In this document: positions 1-11,222 of the stretch, piece by piece
How positions within the stretch are numbered: position 1 is the first letter of the stretch
Layout of the letters: each line of letters starts with the position of its first letter
Assembly: GCA_037310415.1 (NCBI GenBank)
Contig: CP147780.1
Location: forward strand, 960,001-1,024,000
Source: Candidatus Atabeyarchaeum deiterrae
GTDB lineage: Archaea; Asgardarchaeota; Atabeyarchaeia; Atabeyarchaeales; Atabeyarchaeaceae
Direction of reading: 5' to 3'
Length of the DNA: 64,000 bases
Position numbers and translations under genes: made by a program
The notes under the pieces: model-generated
Database searches by the model: none
The model's input: only the letters and a program-made list of their open reading frames with translations
What the model was told of the DNA's origin: nothing

Positions 1-249
1 CTTCCTCTCTGCAGTCAGGATTTCATAGGCCCTCTTCAGAACAACTTCGCCAACAGGCGTAAGTCTAACTTCCTCTCCTCCTCGTTCCAACAACTTCACA
101 CCATAGGTCCTTTCCAGCGAAGCTACATGCTGGCTTATAGAACCCTGTGACAAACCCACTTTTCTCGCTGCTTTAGAGAAGCTCTTCTCCTCACACACAG
201 CAACGAACGAATTGTAAAACTCAAGCCTTAGAGAAGAACTTTCCTTCAC
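1..249 (-). CDS. LysR-family transcriptional regulator, N-terminal HTH (runs off the window edge)
   Basis: Not in the ORF track. Manual translation from GTG at 249 gives MKESSSLRLEFYNSFVAVCEEKSFSKAARKVGLSQGSISQHVASLERTYGVKLLERGGEEVRLTPVG, the LysR HTH signature (SFSKAA..L..SQ..IS..V..LE...G..L..R......LT..G). Confidence 0.9.
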   Translation of the reverse strand, partial: MKESSSLRLEFYNSFVAVCEEKSFSKAARKVGLSQGSISQHVASLERTYGVKLLERGGEEVRLTPVGEVVLKRAYEILTAERK

Positions 250-286
250 AGCAACACAACCTTACTTTGAAACAGATTACGACAAA

Positions 287-592
287 CTAACTCGATTTCC
301 TGCTCTCATCTGCAGGCGAACAGGAGTATTCTTCTGGAGCAGTCTTCCCTTCTTCCGAATCATTGTTTTTTCTAATGACTATCTTGAAGACACCTTGAAC
401 ATCCTCAACTTTGAGAATATCATTTCCACTTCTCTCCACAAACTTCTGGATGTTCTTAGTCGTTTGTGGGTAGTTGCTTATTACTTCCAGTACGTCTCCT
501 GCATTCATTGACTGAAGTTTCCTCTTTGTCAACAGTACTGGAATCGGGCAAGCTTTGTCTCTCACGTCAAGTATTTCGCTTCTCACTAGCAT
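287..592 (-). CDS. TusA/SirA-family sulfur carrier protein
   Basis: LDVRDKACPIPVL matches the TusA CPxP motif; short C-terminal extension. Confidence 0.9.
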   Translation of the reverse strand: MLVRSEILDVRDKACPIPVLLTKRKLQSMNAGDVLEVISNYPQTTKNIQKFVERSGNDILKVEDVQGVFKIVIRKNNDSEEGKTAPEEYSCSPADESRKSS

Positions 593-744
593 ACCCTCAG
601 AGACACCGTCTATTGGTTTCCTTAATCAGTCTAATGTGAAATCTAAACAACAAGTCTACGACTGCCGCGATAATAAATACTTTTGTTTCAGCGTCCATGC
701 AAGCGCAGTGTTAGCCTGCATCAAAATGAGCTTCTTAATATAAG

Positions 745-1272
745 TTATTCACCATCTTTCATGACATCCAAGTTACTGAGAAGACGGTTCAGACTATCAT
801 CAAGGTTTTCATGGATTACCCGCGTTGCTGCTAGCACTTCCATGAAACCTGCCTCTCCCTCGTATCTTGGAACTATATGCACGTGCACATGCGCCACACT
901 AGCACCTGCAGCACGCCCTTGGTTAATCCCTATGTTCAATCCGCTGGGATTGTACGTTTTTTCAACTAGGACAGCGCTTTTCTGGACTAGTCTAAAAAGA
1001 GCCCCTAGAGCCTCATCGTCAAGATCCGTAAACTTCTCAACATGTTTCTTTGGAAAAACCATTAGATGACCTGCATTATATGGGAATCTATTCAATACAA
1101 CCATGCCCGTCTCATTCTGAAAGATGACCCTGGTCTCAATTGCCTTGTCTCCTCTTGCCATTGCACACAACAAACAGTCAACTTTTGGTCTGTCAAGTCC
1201 CCTTGAGTACCTCGCTTTTTCTCGCACACAGATATATGACTTGAACCAGTTCTCACTCATGAGCCTCACCAT
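745..1272 (-). CDS. HIT-family hydrolase (Ap4A hydrolase/phosphorylase-like)
   Basis: CLLC, LNRFPYNAGHLMV and histidine triad HVHVHIVPR. Confidence 0.92.
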   Translation of the reverse strand: MVRLMSENWFKSYICVREKARYSRGLDRPKVDCLLCAMARGDKAIETRVIFQNETGMVVLNRFPYNAGHLMVFPKKHVEKFTDLDDEALGALFRLVQKSAVLVEKTYNPSGLNIGINQGRAAGASVAHVHVHIVPRYEGEAGFMEVLAATRVIHENLDDSLNRLLSNLDVMKDGE

Positions 1273-1420
1273 AGACGCGCAAGCAATGCATAATCCTGCA
1301 CATAATAAGGTTGCTTGCTAGTTTCTAATAAGTTGAACCGTTTCCTGCAACAACCGTTGGCGTAGCGTCTTTATGGGCCGCCATTACCACAAGCAAAACA
1401 GGAAACTGAGTGAGTTGGAC

Positions 1421-1453
1421 AGGGGAAAAAAGAAAGGGAAGGAGTTTTCCCTC
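1421..1453 (-). terminator. Probable terminator of the thermosome operon
   Basis: Minus strand GGGAA-aactcc-TTCCC hairpin followed by TTTCTTTTTT, about 60 nt after the thermosome stop. Confidence 0.5.
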
Positions 1454-1510
1454 AAAAAGTAGGAGGGTTTTGTGATTCATTTGCGCTACTCGTTAACGCA
1501 GAGTTACCCC

Positions 1511-3196
1511 TTAATCGTACTCTCCGCCCATACCACCCATTCCGCCCATGCCTCCCATTCCTGGAGGCATTCCGCCTTCTGGACCGCCAGGTGGTCCGCC
1601 TTTGCCTTCACTCATTGCTTTGGATGCTATTACGTCGTCTATTCTCAGGATCATTTCGGCTACTTCTGAAGCTGACTTGATCGCTTGTTCTGTGACTCTG
1701 AGTGGCTCCAAGACATTCTCTTTCAGCATGTCGCTTGTCTTGCCTGTGAAGACGTTGACGCCGAACCACTTACCTGCAGGTTTCTCGTGTTTTGCTCTCA
1801 GGTCGACCAGTATGTCGAGTTGGTCGAAACCTCCGTTCTCGGCCAAGGTTTTCGGTATAATTTCCATGGCGTCTGCAAATGCTTCAATTGCCAGTTGTTC
1901 TTTTCCTCCGGCTTCAGCAAAACCTCTTAGGTGTTTAGCTATCTCCATGTGAGGCGCCCCGCCGCCTGCAAGCATCTTTCCGTCCTCAAGCGCATCTCTT
2001 ACGACGCATAAAGCATCATGCATCGATCTTTCGGCCTCGTCTACAACGTGCTCAGTACCACCTCTGATCAGGATTGTCACTGCTTTTGGTTCCTTACATT
2101 CTCTAACGTATGTGAGTTTGTCGTCGCCGATTCTAACTTCTTCGACAAGACCAGCTTCCCCAAGGTGGTCCTCAGATAGATCATCAAGGTTGGTAATGAT
2201 CCTTCCTCCAGTTGCCTTGGCGAGCTTCTCCATGTCTGACTTCTTAGCTCTGCGAATTGCCACAATTTCTGCCTTGGCTAGGTAGTGTTGCGCCAAATCG
2301 TCTATTCCTTTTTGGCAGACAATAACGTTGGCACCAGCTTTGACGACTTTGTCCACCATGTCCTTCAGCATCTTCTCTTCTTCATCTAGGAATGCCTTCA
2401 TCTGAGATGGATCAGTAATCCTGATTTCGGCATCCATCTCTGTCTTCTCGATCTCTAGTGGCGTATCTAGTAGTGCTATCTTAGCATTCTTGACTCTCTT
2501 TGGCATTCTCGGGTGGACGATTTCTTTGTCAATTATCATCCCGTTGATGAGTTCAGTTTCGAACAGGCTTTTGCCCATCTTCTTGATAACATTGATCATT
2601 TCGATGTCGGCTCTGTTCTTATCTCCACGCTTCTCTGCAATTGCCGTCACTGCTTCCACAGCTATTTTGCCAAAGTGCTCCCTTGCACCCTTCACGGTCT
2701 TCGAGTTTAGCGACGTCATCGCTATATTGGTCAGTGTTTCCTTGTCATCAGCGTCCACTTGCATAGCGATGCTTTCAATGTATTTTGTACCTTCGTCAGC
2801 TGCCTTCTTGTAGCCCGAGACTATTGTTATAGGGTGAATGTCTTGGTCTAGCAGTTCTTCGGCTTTTCTCAGTAATTCACCTGCGAGAACCACTGCAGTC
2901 GTGGTTCCATCCCCGACCTCGTCGTCCTGTGCCTTGGCAACTTCGACGATCATCTTCGCAGCCGGATGCTGTACATCTATTTCCTTCAGAATTGTCGCTC
3001 CATCATTTGTTATTGTCACATCCCCGAGACTATCGACAAGCATCTTATCCATGCCTCGTGGGCCTAACGAACTTCTGATTGCCTCTGAGATTACTTTCGC
3101 AGCTAAGATGTTTGCGCTCTGAGCGTCCTTACCGCGATTTCTACTTGTTCCCTCTCTGAGTATCAACACAGGGGTTCCACCAAGTTGAGCAGACAT
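1511..3196 (-). CDS. ths: Thermosome (group II chaperonin) subunit with GGM tail
   Basis: [26 protein letters not shown]; C-terminal [10 protein letters not shown]. Start placed at ATG 3196. Confidence 0.97.
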   Translation of the reverse strand: MSAQLGGTPVLILREGTSRNRGKDAQSANILAAKVISEAIRSSLGPRGMDKMLVDSLGDVTITNDGATILKEIDVQHPAAKMIVEVAKAQDDEVGDGTTTAVVLAGELLRKAEELLDQDIHPITIVSGYKKAADEGTKYIESIAMQVDADDKETLTNIAMTSLNSKTVKGAREHFGKIAVEAVTAIAEKRGDKNRADIEMINVIKKMGKSLFETELINGMIIDKEIVHPRMPKRVKNAKIALLDTPLEIEKTEMDAEIRITDPSQMKAFLDEEEKMLKDMVDKVVKAGANVIVCQKGIDDLAQHYLAKAEIVAIRRAKKSDMEKLAKATGGRIITNLDDLSEDHLGEAGLVEEVRIGDDKLTYVRECKEPKAVTILIRGGTEHVVDEAERSMHDALCVVRDALEDGKMLAGGGAPHMEIAKHLRGFAEAGGKEQLAIEAFADAMEIIPKTLAENGGFDQLDILVDLRAKHEKPAGKWFGVNVFTGKTSDMLKENVLEPLRVTEQAIKSASEVAEMILRIDDVIASKAMSEGKGGPPGGPEGGMPPGMGGMGGMGGMGGEYD

Positions 3197-3246
3197 TACT
3201 ATATCACACTCCAAATTTTACTTTTTAACCTCGATCGAATTGTTGC

Positions 3247-4899
3247 TTAATCTTCTTCTCCGCCTGCTTTGCCACCGGGAGGCTTACCAGCACCGCCTGG
3301 GCCTCTAGCCTTCCCTGAAGCTATTACGTCATCGATTTTGAGGAGCATTTCTGCAGCTTCGGTTGCCGACTTTATTGATTGTATCTTGACTCTTAGTGGC
3401 TCCAATACGTTAAGGTCGGACATATTAGCGATTTTGTTTTGGTCGTCCAAGACGTTAACTCCCGCCCAGTGTTCTCCCTTGTCATGGCGTTTTCTCAGTT
3501 CGCCGAGAACTTCCAATACGTCGAATCCGGCGTTTTCGGCTAGTGTCTTTGGAATTATTTCTACGGCGTTTGCAAATGATCTGACAGCTAGCTGTTCTCT
3601 GCCGGTTAGTGTATCTGCATATACCTTTAGTTGCCTCGAGAGTTCCAGCTCAGGTGCTCCACCACCCGGAACCATTTTTCCGTCTTCGATGGCGTTTCTT
3701 ACGACACAGACGGCGTCGTGGAAAGCTCTCTCGGTCTCGGCAACAATCCTCTCTGTTCCGCCTCTGAGTAGTATGTTTACAGCTTTCGGAGATTTGCACC
3801 CCTCAATGAAAGTCATCTTGTCGTCTCCGATCTTCCGTTCCTCGACACTCTCAGCGTAACCCAAGTCTTCACTTGCCAAATCATCTATCGTGTTAGCTGT
3901 CTTGGCTCCTGTTGCTTTTGCGAGCTTTTCCATGTCGGACTCCTTAATCCTACGGATCGCCATTATACCTTCTTTTGCCAAGTAGTGTTGCGCTACATCA
4001 TCTATCCCTTTCTGGCAAAGAACTACGTTTGCTCCGACTTCTTTGATCTTAACAACCATTCCCTTCAGTATATTTGTCTCCTCGTCCAAGAATGAGCGCA
4101 TCTTGGTTGGGTCGGTTATGTTGATCTTCGCGGTAACTTCAGTCTTCTCAACTTCAAGCGGGCAGGAAAGTAATGCTATCTTGGCATCATTGATGAGTTT
4201 AGGCATTCCTGAATGAACGACTTCCTTGTCCAGTACAATTCCGTTGATCAGTTGAGTGTCATTTGTAGCTCCGCCTTGCTTCTTGTCAACCTTCACAAAG
4301 TTGATGTCGGCCCTCAGTGTGCCATCGACTTTCTCCGTTATCTGTTTCACAGCCTTGACGGCAAGATCCGCCAGGAAATCAGCAGACCCTGCGACTAGCT
4401 TGCTTCTCATTGAGGTTTTCGCTATTTTCATGAGAGTTTCGTCGTCGTCAAATTCCACCGGCATACCGATCCCGTCGAGGATCTCAAGTGACTTGGCCAA
4501 ACCTTTTCTATATCCGTCCAGTACGACTGTTGGGTGTAGCCCCATGTTTATTAGTTCCTCTGCTTCCTTGAGTAGGGCAGCTGAGATTATAACTGCTGAT
4601 GTTGTTCCGTCTCCAGTCTCGTTGTCTACAGACTTCGCGACTTGAACCATCATCTTCGCTGCTGGGTGCTGAACATCCATTTCTTTAAGTATTGTTGCTC
4701 CGTCGTTTGTTATGGTTACGTCGCCCATTGTGTCTACAAGCATCTTATCCATGCCTTTTGGGCCAAGAGACGTCTTGATAGTCTCTCCGATTACACGAGC
4801 AGCCATTATGTTTGCTCGTTGCGCATCTTTACCCGTACTTCTATTCGAGCCTTCTCTGAGTATCAGAACGGGTGTTCCCTCACTTGTTCTCATTCCCAT
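3247..4899 (-). CDS. ths: Thermosome (group II chaperonin), second subunit
   Basis: [26 protein letters not shown]; tandem paralogue of 1511..3196. Confidence 0.97.
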   Translation of the reverse strand: MGMRTSEGTPVLILREGSNRSTGKDAQRANIMAARVIGETIKTSLGPKGMDKMLVDTMGDVTITNDGATILKEMDVQHPAAKMMVQVAKSVDNETGDGTTSAVIISAALLKEAEELINMGLHPTVVLDGYRKGLAKSLEILDGIGMPVEFDDDETLMKIAKTSMRSKLVAGSADFLADLAVKAVKQITEKVDGTLRADINFVKVDKKQGGATNDTQLINGIVLDKEVVHSGMPKLINDAKIALLSCPLEVEKTEVTAKINITDPTKMRSFLDEETNILKGMVVKIKEVGANVVLCQKGIDDVAQHYLAKEGIMAIRRIKESDMEKLAKATGAKTANTIDDLASEDLGYAESVEERKIGDDKMTFIEGCKSPKAVNILLRGGTERIVAETERAFHDAVCVVRNAIEDGKMVPGGGAPELELSRQLKVYADTLTGREQLAVRSFANAVEIIPKTLAENAGFDVLEVLGELRKRHDKGEHWAGVNVLDDQNKIANMSDLNVLEPLRVKIQSIKSATEAAEMLLKIDDVIASGKARGPGGAGKPPGGKAGGEED

Positions 4900-5005
4900 A
4901 GTATCTGTCCACCTCTATACTTGTTGTTTGTTTAGACTTAATGGAATACTGAAAGGAAAACTGCACTGCACACACTACATTCTGTTTGTGCATCAAGATA
5001 CCGAA

Positions 5006-5029
5006 TAGAACTTCTATATAAACATTTCG
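5006..5029 (-). promoter_or_regulatory. BRE/TATA promoter of the thermosome operon with an overlapping palindrome
   Basis: Minus strand CGAAATG-TTTATATA (5029-5015); palindrome TAGAA-C-TTCTA at 5006-5016 overlaps the downstream edge of the TATA box. Confidence 0.55.
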
Positions 5030-5113
5030 AATTAGGCTTTGTGCATTCATTTTTGGGACAATAAGAAGAGAAGTGGAATGCAGCGCGCAGAACCGAGAAA
5101 GGAATCTCGCGGT

Positions 5114-5674
5114 TCACTTGGCGGAACTTGTTGTCAGCTCGGAGGCTATCGCTTCAAGAATGCAGATAGCGGCTATGTCGAATACCGTCCGTTTGGATGA
5201 TGGGTAACTCCCTGTAAGCTGACTACTCAGATAAGTTTCTTCGTCTTCGGGTTCAATTGATTCAGATTTGATAGCAAGGAGGGCGTCAGCCAGCTTACCT
5301 ATCGGAGAATCCTCCGCTGAAGTAACTGCAACTATTCTTGCCTGAACCTTTTCCTTCGCTATCTTGACAGCCTCGAGTACCAATGGAGTCCTACCGGTAT
5401 CCGTTATTGCTATAAATATATCGTTCTTCTCAACTGCAGAAGTAATGGTTTCCCCAACGACAAAGACATTATAAGAGAGTCCTGCAAGTTGCATGGCTAG
5501 CGCTCTGGCAACCAGACCTGACGGTCCCTCGCCCATCAGGAAAACCTTTCTATTATTCTTCTTAGCATCACGTAGAAGTGATATTATCTTCTTGACTCGA
5601 GTTTCATCAAGGGAGCTGATAGCTTCCTTAACGTCATCAACTATGTGTTGCGCCACTGACAGAGATTTGCTCAA
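5114..5674 (-). CDS. SIS-domain protein, 6-phospho-3-hexuloisomerase (PHI/HxlB)-like, degenerate motifs
   Basis: KVFLMGEGPSGLVARALAMQL and VFVVGETIT match the PHI family, but the canonical GxGRSG and SGSGET motifs are altered. Confidence 0.8.
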   Translation of the reverse strand: MSKSLSVAQHIVDDVKEAISSLDETRVKKIISLLRDAKKNNRKVFLMGEGPSGLVARALAMQLAGLSYNVFVVGETITSAVEKNDIFIAITDTGRTPLVLEAVKIAKEKVQARIVAVTSAEDSPIGKLADALLAIKSESIEPEDEETYLSSQLTGSYPSSKRTVFDIAAICILEAIASELTTSSAK

Positions 5675-5903
5675 TAGGGTCCCACCACACCGAATAAGAC
5701 GAGAAAAGTTAAGCGCCCAGATTTCCTTTAGACATTTATCAAGAATGTATATTTAAATAGTTTCTCAAGGTAGTCTCTTGTCCTACTTAGTGAAACTGAG
5801 CGCTTAAAGACTATGAGACACTGGTCTTTCCTTTCTTCTTGGAAAAGTTAATTAGAAAGTAATCTTTTAGTGCCATGAGAAGTCCACAGGAGCTGAGAAA
5901 AAA

Positions 5904-6197
5904 ATGGCGTCTTCAAAGGCTGAAAAAGAACCTGAATCGAAGATGGGCAAAGGAGACGGGAAAGAACTCGCGTCACTTGTACTTGCTGCCATCGACTCCG
6001 AGCCGCATAAACCCCATGCAATAGTCAGCATCTTGAAGGAGAGATACGATCAGAACGCCGTTTTGAAGGCGTTGCTGGCGCTTGAGAAAGACGGCAGAGT
6101 TCAGAGAGACGGTAAGAAGGCCTGGATCGCAAAAGGTAAAGAGAGACCGAAGAAGGAGAAGGAGAAGGAGAAGGAGAAGGAGAAGGAGAAGAAATAG
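5904..6197 (+). CDS. Small winged-helix-like protein with (KE)n tail
   Basis: ATG with upstream GGAG; VLKALLALEKDGRVQRDGKKAW resembles the wHTH recognition helix and wing. Confidence 0.6.
   Translation: MASSKAEKEPESKMGKGDGKELASLVLAAIDSEPHKPHAIVSILKERYDQNAVLKALLALEKDGRVQRDGKKAWIAKGKERPKKEKEKEKEKEKEKK
6153..6191 (+). repeat. Perfect hexamer microsatellite (AAGGAG)x6 encoding KE repeats
   Basis: Directly visible in the sequence. Confidence 0.95.
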
Positions 6198-6314
6198 ACA
6201 GGTTCCGGCGGATATATTTTCGGTCTCGCTTCTTTTGGCTGCAGTGGTCAGAACACGGATGGTTACGCCGCCAAGTTTGCCACGTTACGTTCAGTATCAA
6301 GCTGATGAGAGTAC

Positions 6315-9300
6315 CTACCATAGCTTGTAAGGCACGTTTTCCATGTATTCGTTCAACGGTATCAAATGAGACTTCACCCTGCGCTTGTTATTGCCATTCC
6401 TCAGAGATTCAGCACTCACTGCCTGAGCGAGTACTCTTGCGAGCTGCAAGTTGGTGAATACTGGAATGTTGAATTCAACTGCTTTTCTCCGCATTATGTA
6501 TTCGTCATCCATCATCGATGCATACTTGTCCATCGTGCTTGCAGATGGGACATTGATTATGATATCCAACTTGCGGTTGGTGATGTAATCTAATAGATTT
6601 GGCTTTCTGAAGGGCTCGCCGATCTTGTACAGAACTTCTACTTCCAACCCGAGGGCTCTCAAAGCCTCAGCAGTGTGCTCTGTTGCGTACACTTCATAAC
6701 CCGCTTCTTCGAAAGCCCTGACAATTGGAATCACTTCCTCCTTCAGTCTCTTCCCGCCGACACTAACGAAGAGCTTGCCGCCATTTGTCGGTATATAGGT
6801 TTCAGCGGAGTGGAGGCTCATCAGAAGCGTATTATGCAGGTCATCTCCAATACAAGCAACCTCTCCAGTACTCATCATCTCGACGCTCAGTATTGTGTCG
6901 GCTCCATCTAATCGCATGAATGAGAACTGAGGAACTTTGACTGCAAAGTGACTTGGGAGAGTCAGCTTCTTCGGGAGGTTGTAACTACTGAGTTTCCTTC
7001 CCAACATGAATGCCGTCGCCAAGAATATCAAGTTAATACCAGTTGTCTTGGAAACAAAGGGGAGGCTTCGAGATGCGCGCAGATTGCACTCGATGACAGA
7101 CACCTGTCCATCTTTGACCAGGTACTGAACATTGAAAGGCCCACAGATCCTTAGAGCCTTGGCTATCTTGGTGGTGTATTCTTCTAAAGTACATATTATG
7201 TTATCCTCAAGCGAGGTGGCAGGGATCGTCATCGTTGCGTCGCCGCTGTGAACACCAGCTGACTCAATATGCTCGATTATCGCGCCTATCAAAACGTCTT
7301 CCCTATCGCATACTGCATCCACTTCACACTCTTTCGCATTCTCAATGAATTTGCTGATTACAACAGGATGGTCTTCAGAAACTTGAGTAGCGAGTCTGAG
7401 GAAACTATTGAGTTGTTCCTCGTCTATGGCTACTCGCATAGCTGCACCAGACAACACATATGATGGCCTTACTAAGACTGGAAATCCCATTTCACGAGCG
7501 AACTTCTTGGCGTCTTCTATTTTGACGAGTTTCATCCATTTTGGCTGAGGGATGTCAAGTGAAATCAAAAGAGAGCTGAATTTCGATCTGTCCTCAGATC
7601 TGTCGATGTCTTCGGCTGCCGTTCCAAGTATCGGAATCTCGGATTTAGACAAGGGCAGCGCTAGATTGTTGGGGGTCTGACCTCCCACGCTAACAATGAC
7701 TCCATAAGGTTTCTCCTTTTCACAGATATCAGAAACCCTCTCGAAGCTAAGTTCTTCGAAATACAGTTTGTCAGCGATGTCATAATCAGTTGAAACAGTC
7801 TCGGGATTACAGTTGATAACAACAACTTGGCCCACGCCCAGTTTCTTCAATGACCAAACCGCATTTACGCACGAGTTGTCAAATTCCACGGATGCGCCAA
7901 TCCTATAAGTCCCAGAACCCAGCACCAAGACCTTCTTGTCAGCAAAGTCGAAAGAAATGTCGTCCTCCGTTCCTCCATAAGTTAAGTAAAGATAGTTTGT
8001 CTGCGCTTCCCACTCGGCTGCCAAAGTGTCGATCTGTCTAACAATAGGCGTTATCCCCAACGATTTTCTCAGCTGCCTGACAACGCCCTCTGAGGTGCCA
8101 AGACAACGTGCAATTTGAAGATCTGAGAAGCCCAGTTCCTTTGCTTCACGCAGATATCTGTGTTCCGTGCCACGAGTCTCACTGTCCAGGTGGTTCTTTA
8201 ACCTAAGCTCTCTCTCCTTCTCGATTATTCCGGAGATTTTGTGCAAAAAGAATTGATCTATGCCAGTTAACTTGTTTATCTTCTGAACGCTGAATCCCAG
8301 CTTGAGTGCCTTCACTATCTTGAATAGACGCTCATCAGTGGGATTTGCAAGCGCATCCTCCAGTTTCTCGGTGCTTTCATGCTCATCTTCTTCATAATTG
8401 CAGACGAGTCCGATTTTCCCGATCTCAAGCATTCTCACTGCTTTCTGTATTGCTTCTTCAAAACAGGTTCCAATACCCATTACTTCGCCGACTGATTTCA
8501 TTTGGGTGCCAATATGTCGATTAGCTTTTGGAAACTTCTGTAAGTCCCATCTGGGAATCTTAACCACGATATAATCCATTGCCGGCTCGAAACAAGCCGT
8601 GGTGATCTGAGTCACCTTGTTTGTCAGTTCGAGAAGAGTGTACCCTATTGCCAGCTTTGCTGCAATGAATGCTAATGGATACCCCGTTGCCTTTGAGGCT
8701 AATGCGGACGACCTTGACAGGCGCGAATTTACTTCTATCACTCGGTACTCGTCAGAAGTTGGACTCAACGCAAATTGAACGTTGCATTCCCCAACTATCT
8801 TGAGAACCCGCACGACTCGAAAGGCTACATCTCTGAGTAGCTGGTATTCATTGTCATTAAGAGTCTGAGAAGGTGCGACGACGATCGAGTCGCCTGTGTG
8901 TACCCCCATAGGGTCGAAGTTCTCCATGTTGCAGACTGCAATGCAATTATCAGCATAGTCGCGACAAATCTCGTACTCAATTTCCTTCCAGTGCCCCAGA
9001 TATTCCTCGACAAGGATTTTCTGAGCCATGCTCTGGGCAAGTCCTCGACTAGCTATCTCTCTGAGTTCCATTTCGCTATTAGCCACGCCAGATCCTTTGC
9101 CACCGAGCGTGTAAGCCACTCGAATCATGACTGGGTAGCCGATTCTCTCAGCTACTTTGACCGCCTCGTCTACCGAGGTCGCTATACTGCTTCTGGGAAC
9201 CGTAATATGCTCCTGGATCATAGTTTCGCGGAAACGTTCTCGGTCGTCAGCGACCTCAATCGATTCAATGGATATTCCAAGGACTTTTACATTATACTTC

Positions 9301-9626
9301 TCGAATAATCCGTGTTTCGCTGATTCATATCCACAGTTGAGTGCAGTTTGGCCACCGAATCCAAGGAGGATCCCGTCAGGTCTCTCACTTTCTAAAATTC
9401 GCTCCACATAATCTGTCTCAATCGGTACAAGATATACTCTGTCTGCTATCCTCGGATCCGTCTGAATTGTAGCAATGTTTGGGTTGATTAGGACAGTCTC
9501 GATTCCCTCTTCCTTGAGAGCTTTTAGTGCCTGCGAGCCTGAGTAGTCAAATTCGCCAGCTTCGCCAATCTTTATTGATCCGCTCCCGAGGACCATTACT
9601 TTCTTGATCCCAGGCATTCGAGGCAA
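6315..9626 (-). CDS. carB: Carbamoyl-phosphate synthase large subunit
   Basis: GEAGEFDYSGSQA, two ATP-grasp domains, C-terminal MGS domain. Confidence 0.98.
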   Translation of the reverse strand: MPRMPGIKKVMVLGSGSIKIGEAGEFDYSGSQALKALKEEGIETVLINPNIATIQTDPRIADRVYLVPIETDYVERILESERPDGILLGFGGQTALNCGYESAKHGLFEKYNVKVLGISIESIEVADDRERFRETMIQEHITVPRSSIATSVDEAVKVAERIGYPVMIRVAYTLGGKGSGVANSEMELREIASRGLAQSMAQKILVEEYLGHWKEIEYEICRDYADNCIAVCNMENFDPMGVHTGDSIVVAPSQTLNDNEYQLLRDVAFRVVRVLKIVGECNVQFALSPTSDEYRVIEVNSRLSRSSALASKATGYPLAFIAAKLAIGYTLLELTNKVTQITTACFEPAMDYIVVKIPRWDLQKFPKANRHIGTQMKSVGEVMGIGTCFEEAIQKAVRMLEIGKIGLVCNYEEDEHESTEKLEDALANPTDERLFKIVKALKLGFSVQKINKLTGIDQFFLHKISGIIEKERELRLKNHLDSETRGTEHRYLREAKELGFSDLQIARCLGTSEGVVRQLRKSLGITPIVRQIDTLAAEWEAQTNYLYLTYGGTEDDISFDFADKKVLVLGSGTYRIGASVEFDNSCVNAVWSLKKLGVGQVVVINCNPETVSTDYDIADKLYFEELSFERVSDICEKEKPYGVIVSVGGQTPNNLALPLSKSEIPILGTAAEDIDRSEDRSKFSSLLISLDIPQPKWMKLVKIEDAKKFAREMGFPVLVRPSYVLSGAAMRVAIDEEQLNSFLRLATQVSEDHPVVISKFIENAKECEVDAVCDREDVLIGAIIEHIESAGVHSGDATMTIPATSLEDNIICTLEEYTTKIAKALRICGPFNVQYLVKDGQVSVIECNLRASRSLPFVSKTTGINLIFLATAFMLGRKLSSYNLPKKLTLPSHFAVKVPQFSFMRLDGADTILSVEMMSTGEVACIGDDLHNTLLMSLHSAETYIPTNGGKLFVSVGGKRLKEEVIPIVRAFEEAGYEVYATEHTAEALRALGLEVEVLYKIGEPFRKPNLLDYITNRKLDIIINVPSASTMDKYASMMDDEYIMRRKAVEFNIPVFTNLQLARVLAQAVSAESLRNGNNKRRVKSHLIPLNEYMENVPYKLW

Positions 9627-9641
9627 TCATGTTCTCCCTCC

Positions 9642-10802
9642 TCAACCCGCCTTCCTAACCCATCCAGCGAATACGTCAAAAAGGAATTCAAGCTCGCTCG
9701 GACCGGGTGAATGCTCCGGGTGATGCTGAATGGACATCGCCTTCATTGATTCATGCCTGATCCCTTCAACGGTTCTGTCATTCGCGTTCAGAAACGAAAC
9801 AGATAGACCGGTCTTCTCAAGTGAGTTCGCGTCAACAGCAAATCCGTGATTTGCGCTTGATATGTAGCAGCGCCCTGAGTGCAAGTCAATTATCGGGGAA
9901 TTAACGCTCCGATGACCAAACTTCAACTTATACGTCGAACCGCCTAATGACAAAGCGAAGATCTGGTTTCCGAGACATACCGAAAACATTGGCAGCCTGT
10001 CTGCAAGTAATTTGCTGACAGTTTCAATTGTTCTGACACACACCTTTGGATCGCCAGGACCGTTGCTGACCACAAATCCCTGAGGTCCGTACTCAAGAAT
10101 CTCGTCTTCGCCCGTACTAGGCGGAACCCTGACAACCTTTAGATTTCTCTCAAGTAGTTCTCTTAGGATCGACTTCTTGGCACCACAATCTATCAAAACG
10201 ACAGTTGGTTTGTCTTTCTCATCACTTTCTCCATATATTACGGGCTCCTTGACTGACACTTGAGCAACAAGGTCCCTTTTGTTTGGGTCGTCAATGCTAC
10301 AAACATCTTTCAATAGACGGCTGATGTCGGCCTCCTCGTCTTCCTCAAAGACTTCAACCATGCCCAACATGACACCGTGGACTCGCAATCGCTTAGTCAA
10401 GGCCCTTGTATCAATTCCATATATGCCAGGTATGCCCTCAGACCTCAGCCATCCGTCGAGTGATGTAGAAGAGGACCAATGGCTTGGAGATTTGCACACC
10501 TCATGTACGACAAGAGCCCTTACCTTGATTGAATCGGACTCAAACCATTTTGGAAGATTCCATGAATCAACCTCTTTGAGCTGGGGGACTCCATAGTTGC
10601 CAACCAGAGGATAAGTGTATACCAGAATTTGTCCCCAATAGGACGGATCTGTGAGTGCCTCGTTATACCCATACATGGCCGTGTTGAAGACGACCTCTCC
10701 CCCAACTTTGCGAGAGGCACCAAAAGCAAAACCTTGGAAGACAGTTCCATCTTCGAGAACAAGGGCAGCATTCCTTCTCCCTTGATTCCCAGACTTCTCC
10801 AA
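9642..10802 (-). CDS. carA: Carbamoyl-phosphate synthase small subunit
   Basis: GEVVFNT, LTDPSY, SNGPGDP, CLGNQ, HPE. Confidence 0.98.
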   Translation of the reverse strand: MEKSGNQGRRNAALVLEDGTVFQGFAFGASRKVGGEVVFNTAMYGYNEALTDPSYWGQILVYTYPLVGNYGVPQLKEVDSWNLPKWFESDSIKVRALVVHEVCKSPSHWSSSTSLDGWLRSEGIPGIYGIDTRALTKRLRVHGVMLGMVEVFEEDEEADISRLLKDVCSIDDPNKRDLVAQVSVKEPVIYGESDEKDKPTVVLIDCGAKKSILRELLERNLKVVRVPPSTGEDEILEYGPQGFVVSNGPGDPKVCVRTIETVSKLLADRLPMFSVCLGNQIFALSLGGSTYKLKFGHRSVNSPIIDLHSGRCYISSANHGFAVDANSLEKTGLSVSFLNANDRTVEGIRHESMKAMSIQHHPEHSPGPSELEFLFDVFAGWVRKAG

Positions 10803-10864
10803 GTATTCGTAACCCTCAAAATTGGGAGCGAATGTTACTTATAAGTATTTCTTACAAGCGTCAG

Positions 10865-11203
10865 CTATTTCTTGATCTTCATAGATTTCATTAAAGAATC
10901 TCCTTCGGATTTAGTTTGCTCCCACAATACCGAAATTTCACTTTGGAGTTTGATTGATGGGTTCTTCTTGAAGTCCGAGGTCAGTTCGGTCAGTTTGAAA
11001 ATGTTCTTCACCAGAGGAGACCTAGATACTAGCATGCGCTCTCTCGAAACATCTACATCAAGTATAATTGTGTTGTCTAAGGCGAGCGATTCACCTAGCA
11101 CCTTGCTTGCAACCAGGCTTCCATCTCTTATGGTTGCTCTCACGATGTCTTCTGCTATCTTTTTTGATGGGTCATTCACGTCATATACACTGAATTCACA
11201 CAT
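10865..11203 (-). CDS. CooT-family nickel-binding protein with C-terminal helical extension
   Basis: N-terminal MCE..VY, followed by EDIV and VLGE patterns typical of CooT. Confidence 0.7.
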   Translation of the reverse strand: MCEFSVYDVNDPSKKIAEDIVRATIRDGSLVASKVLGESLALDNTIILDVDVSRERMLVSRSPLVKNIFKLTELTSDFKKNPSIKLQSEISVLWEQTKSEGDSLMKSMKIKK

Positions 11204-11222
11204 GTCTCAGAGACCTCTTCTT

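Noticed and set aside
1340-1406. Hairpin (GTTTCCTG/CAGGAAAC with inner TGGCG/CGCCA) as an H/ACA guide RNA
   Set aside because: No ACA box or K-turn motif on either strand; unsupported without a covariance search.
5985-6135. Z-alpha (Z-DNA-binding) domain assignment for the small wHTH
   Set aside because: Lacks the Asn/Tyr recognition residues; only a generic wHTH resemblance.
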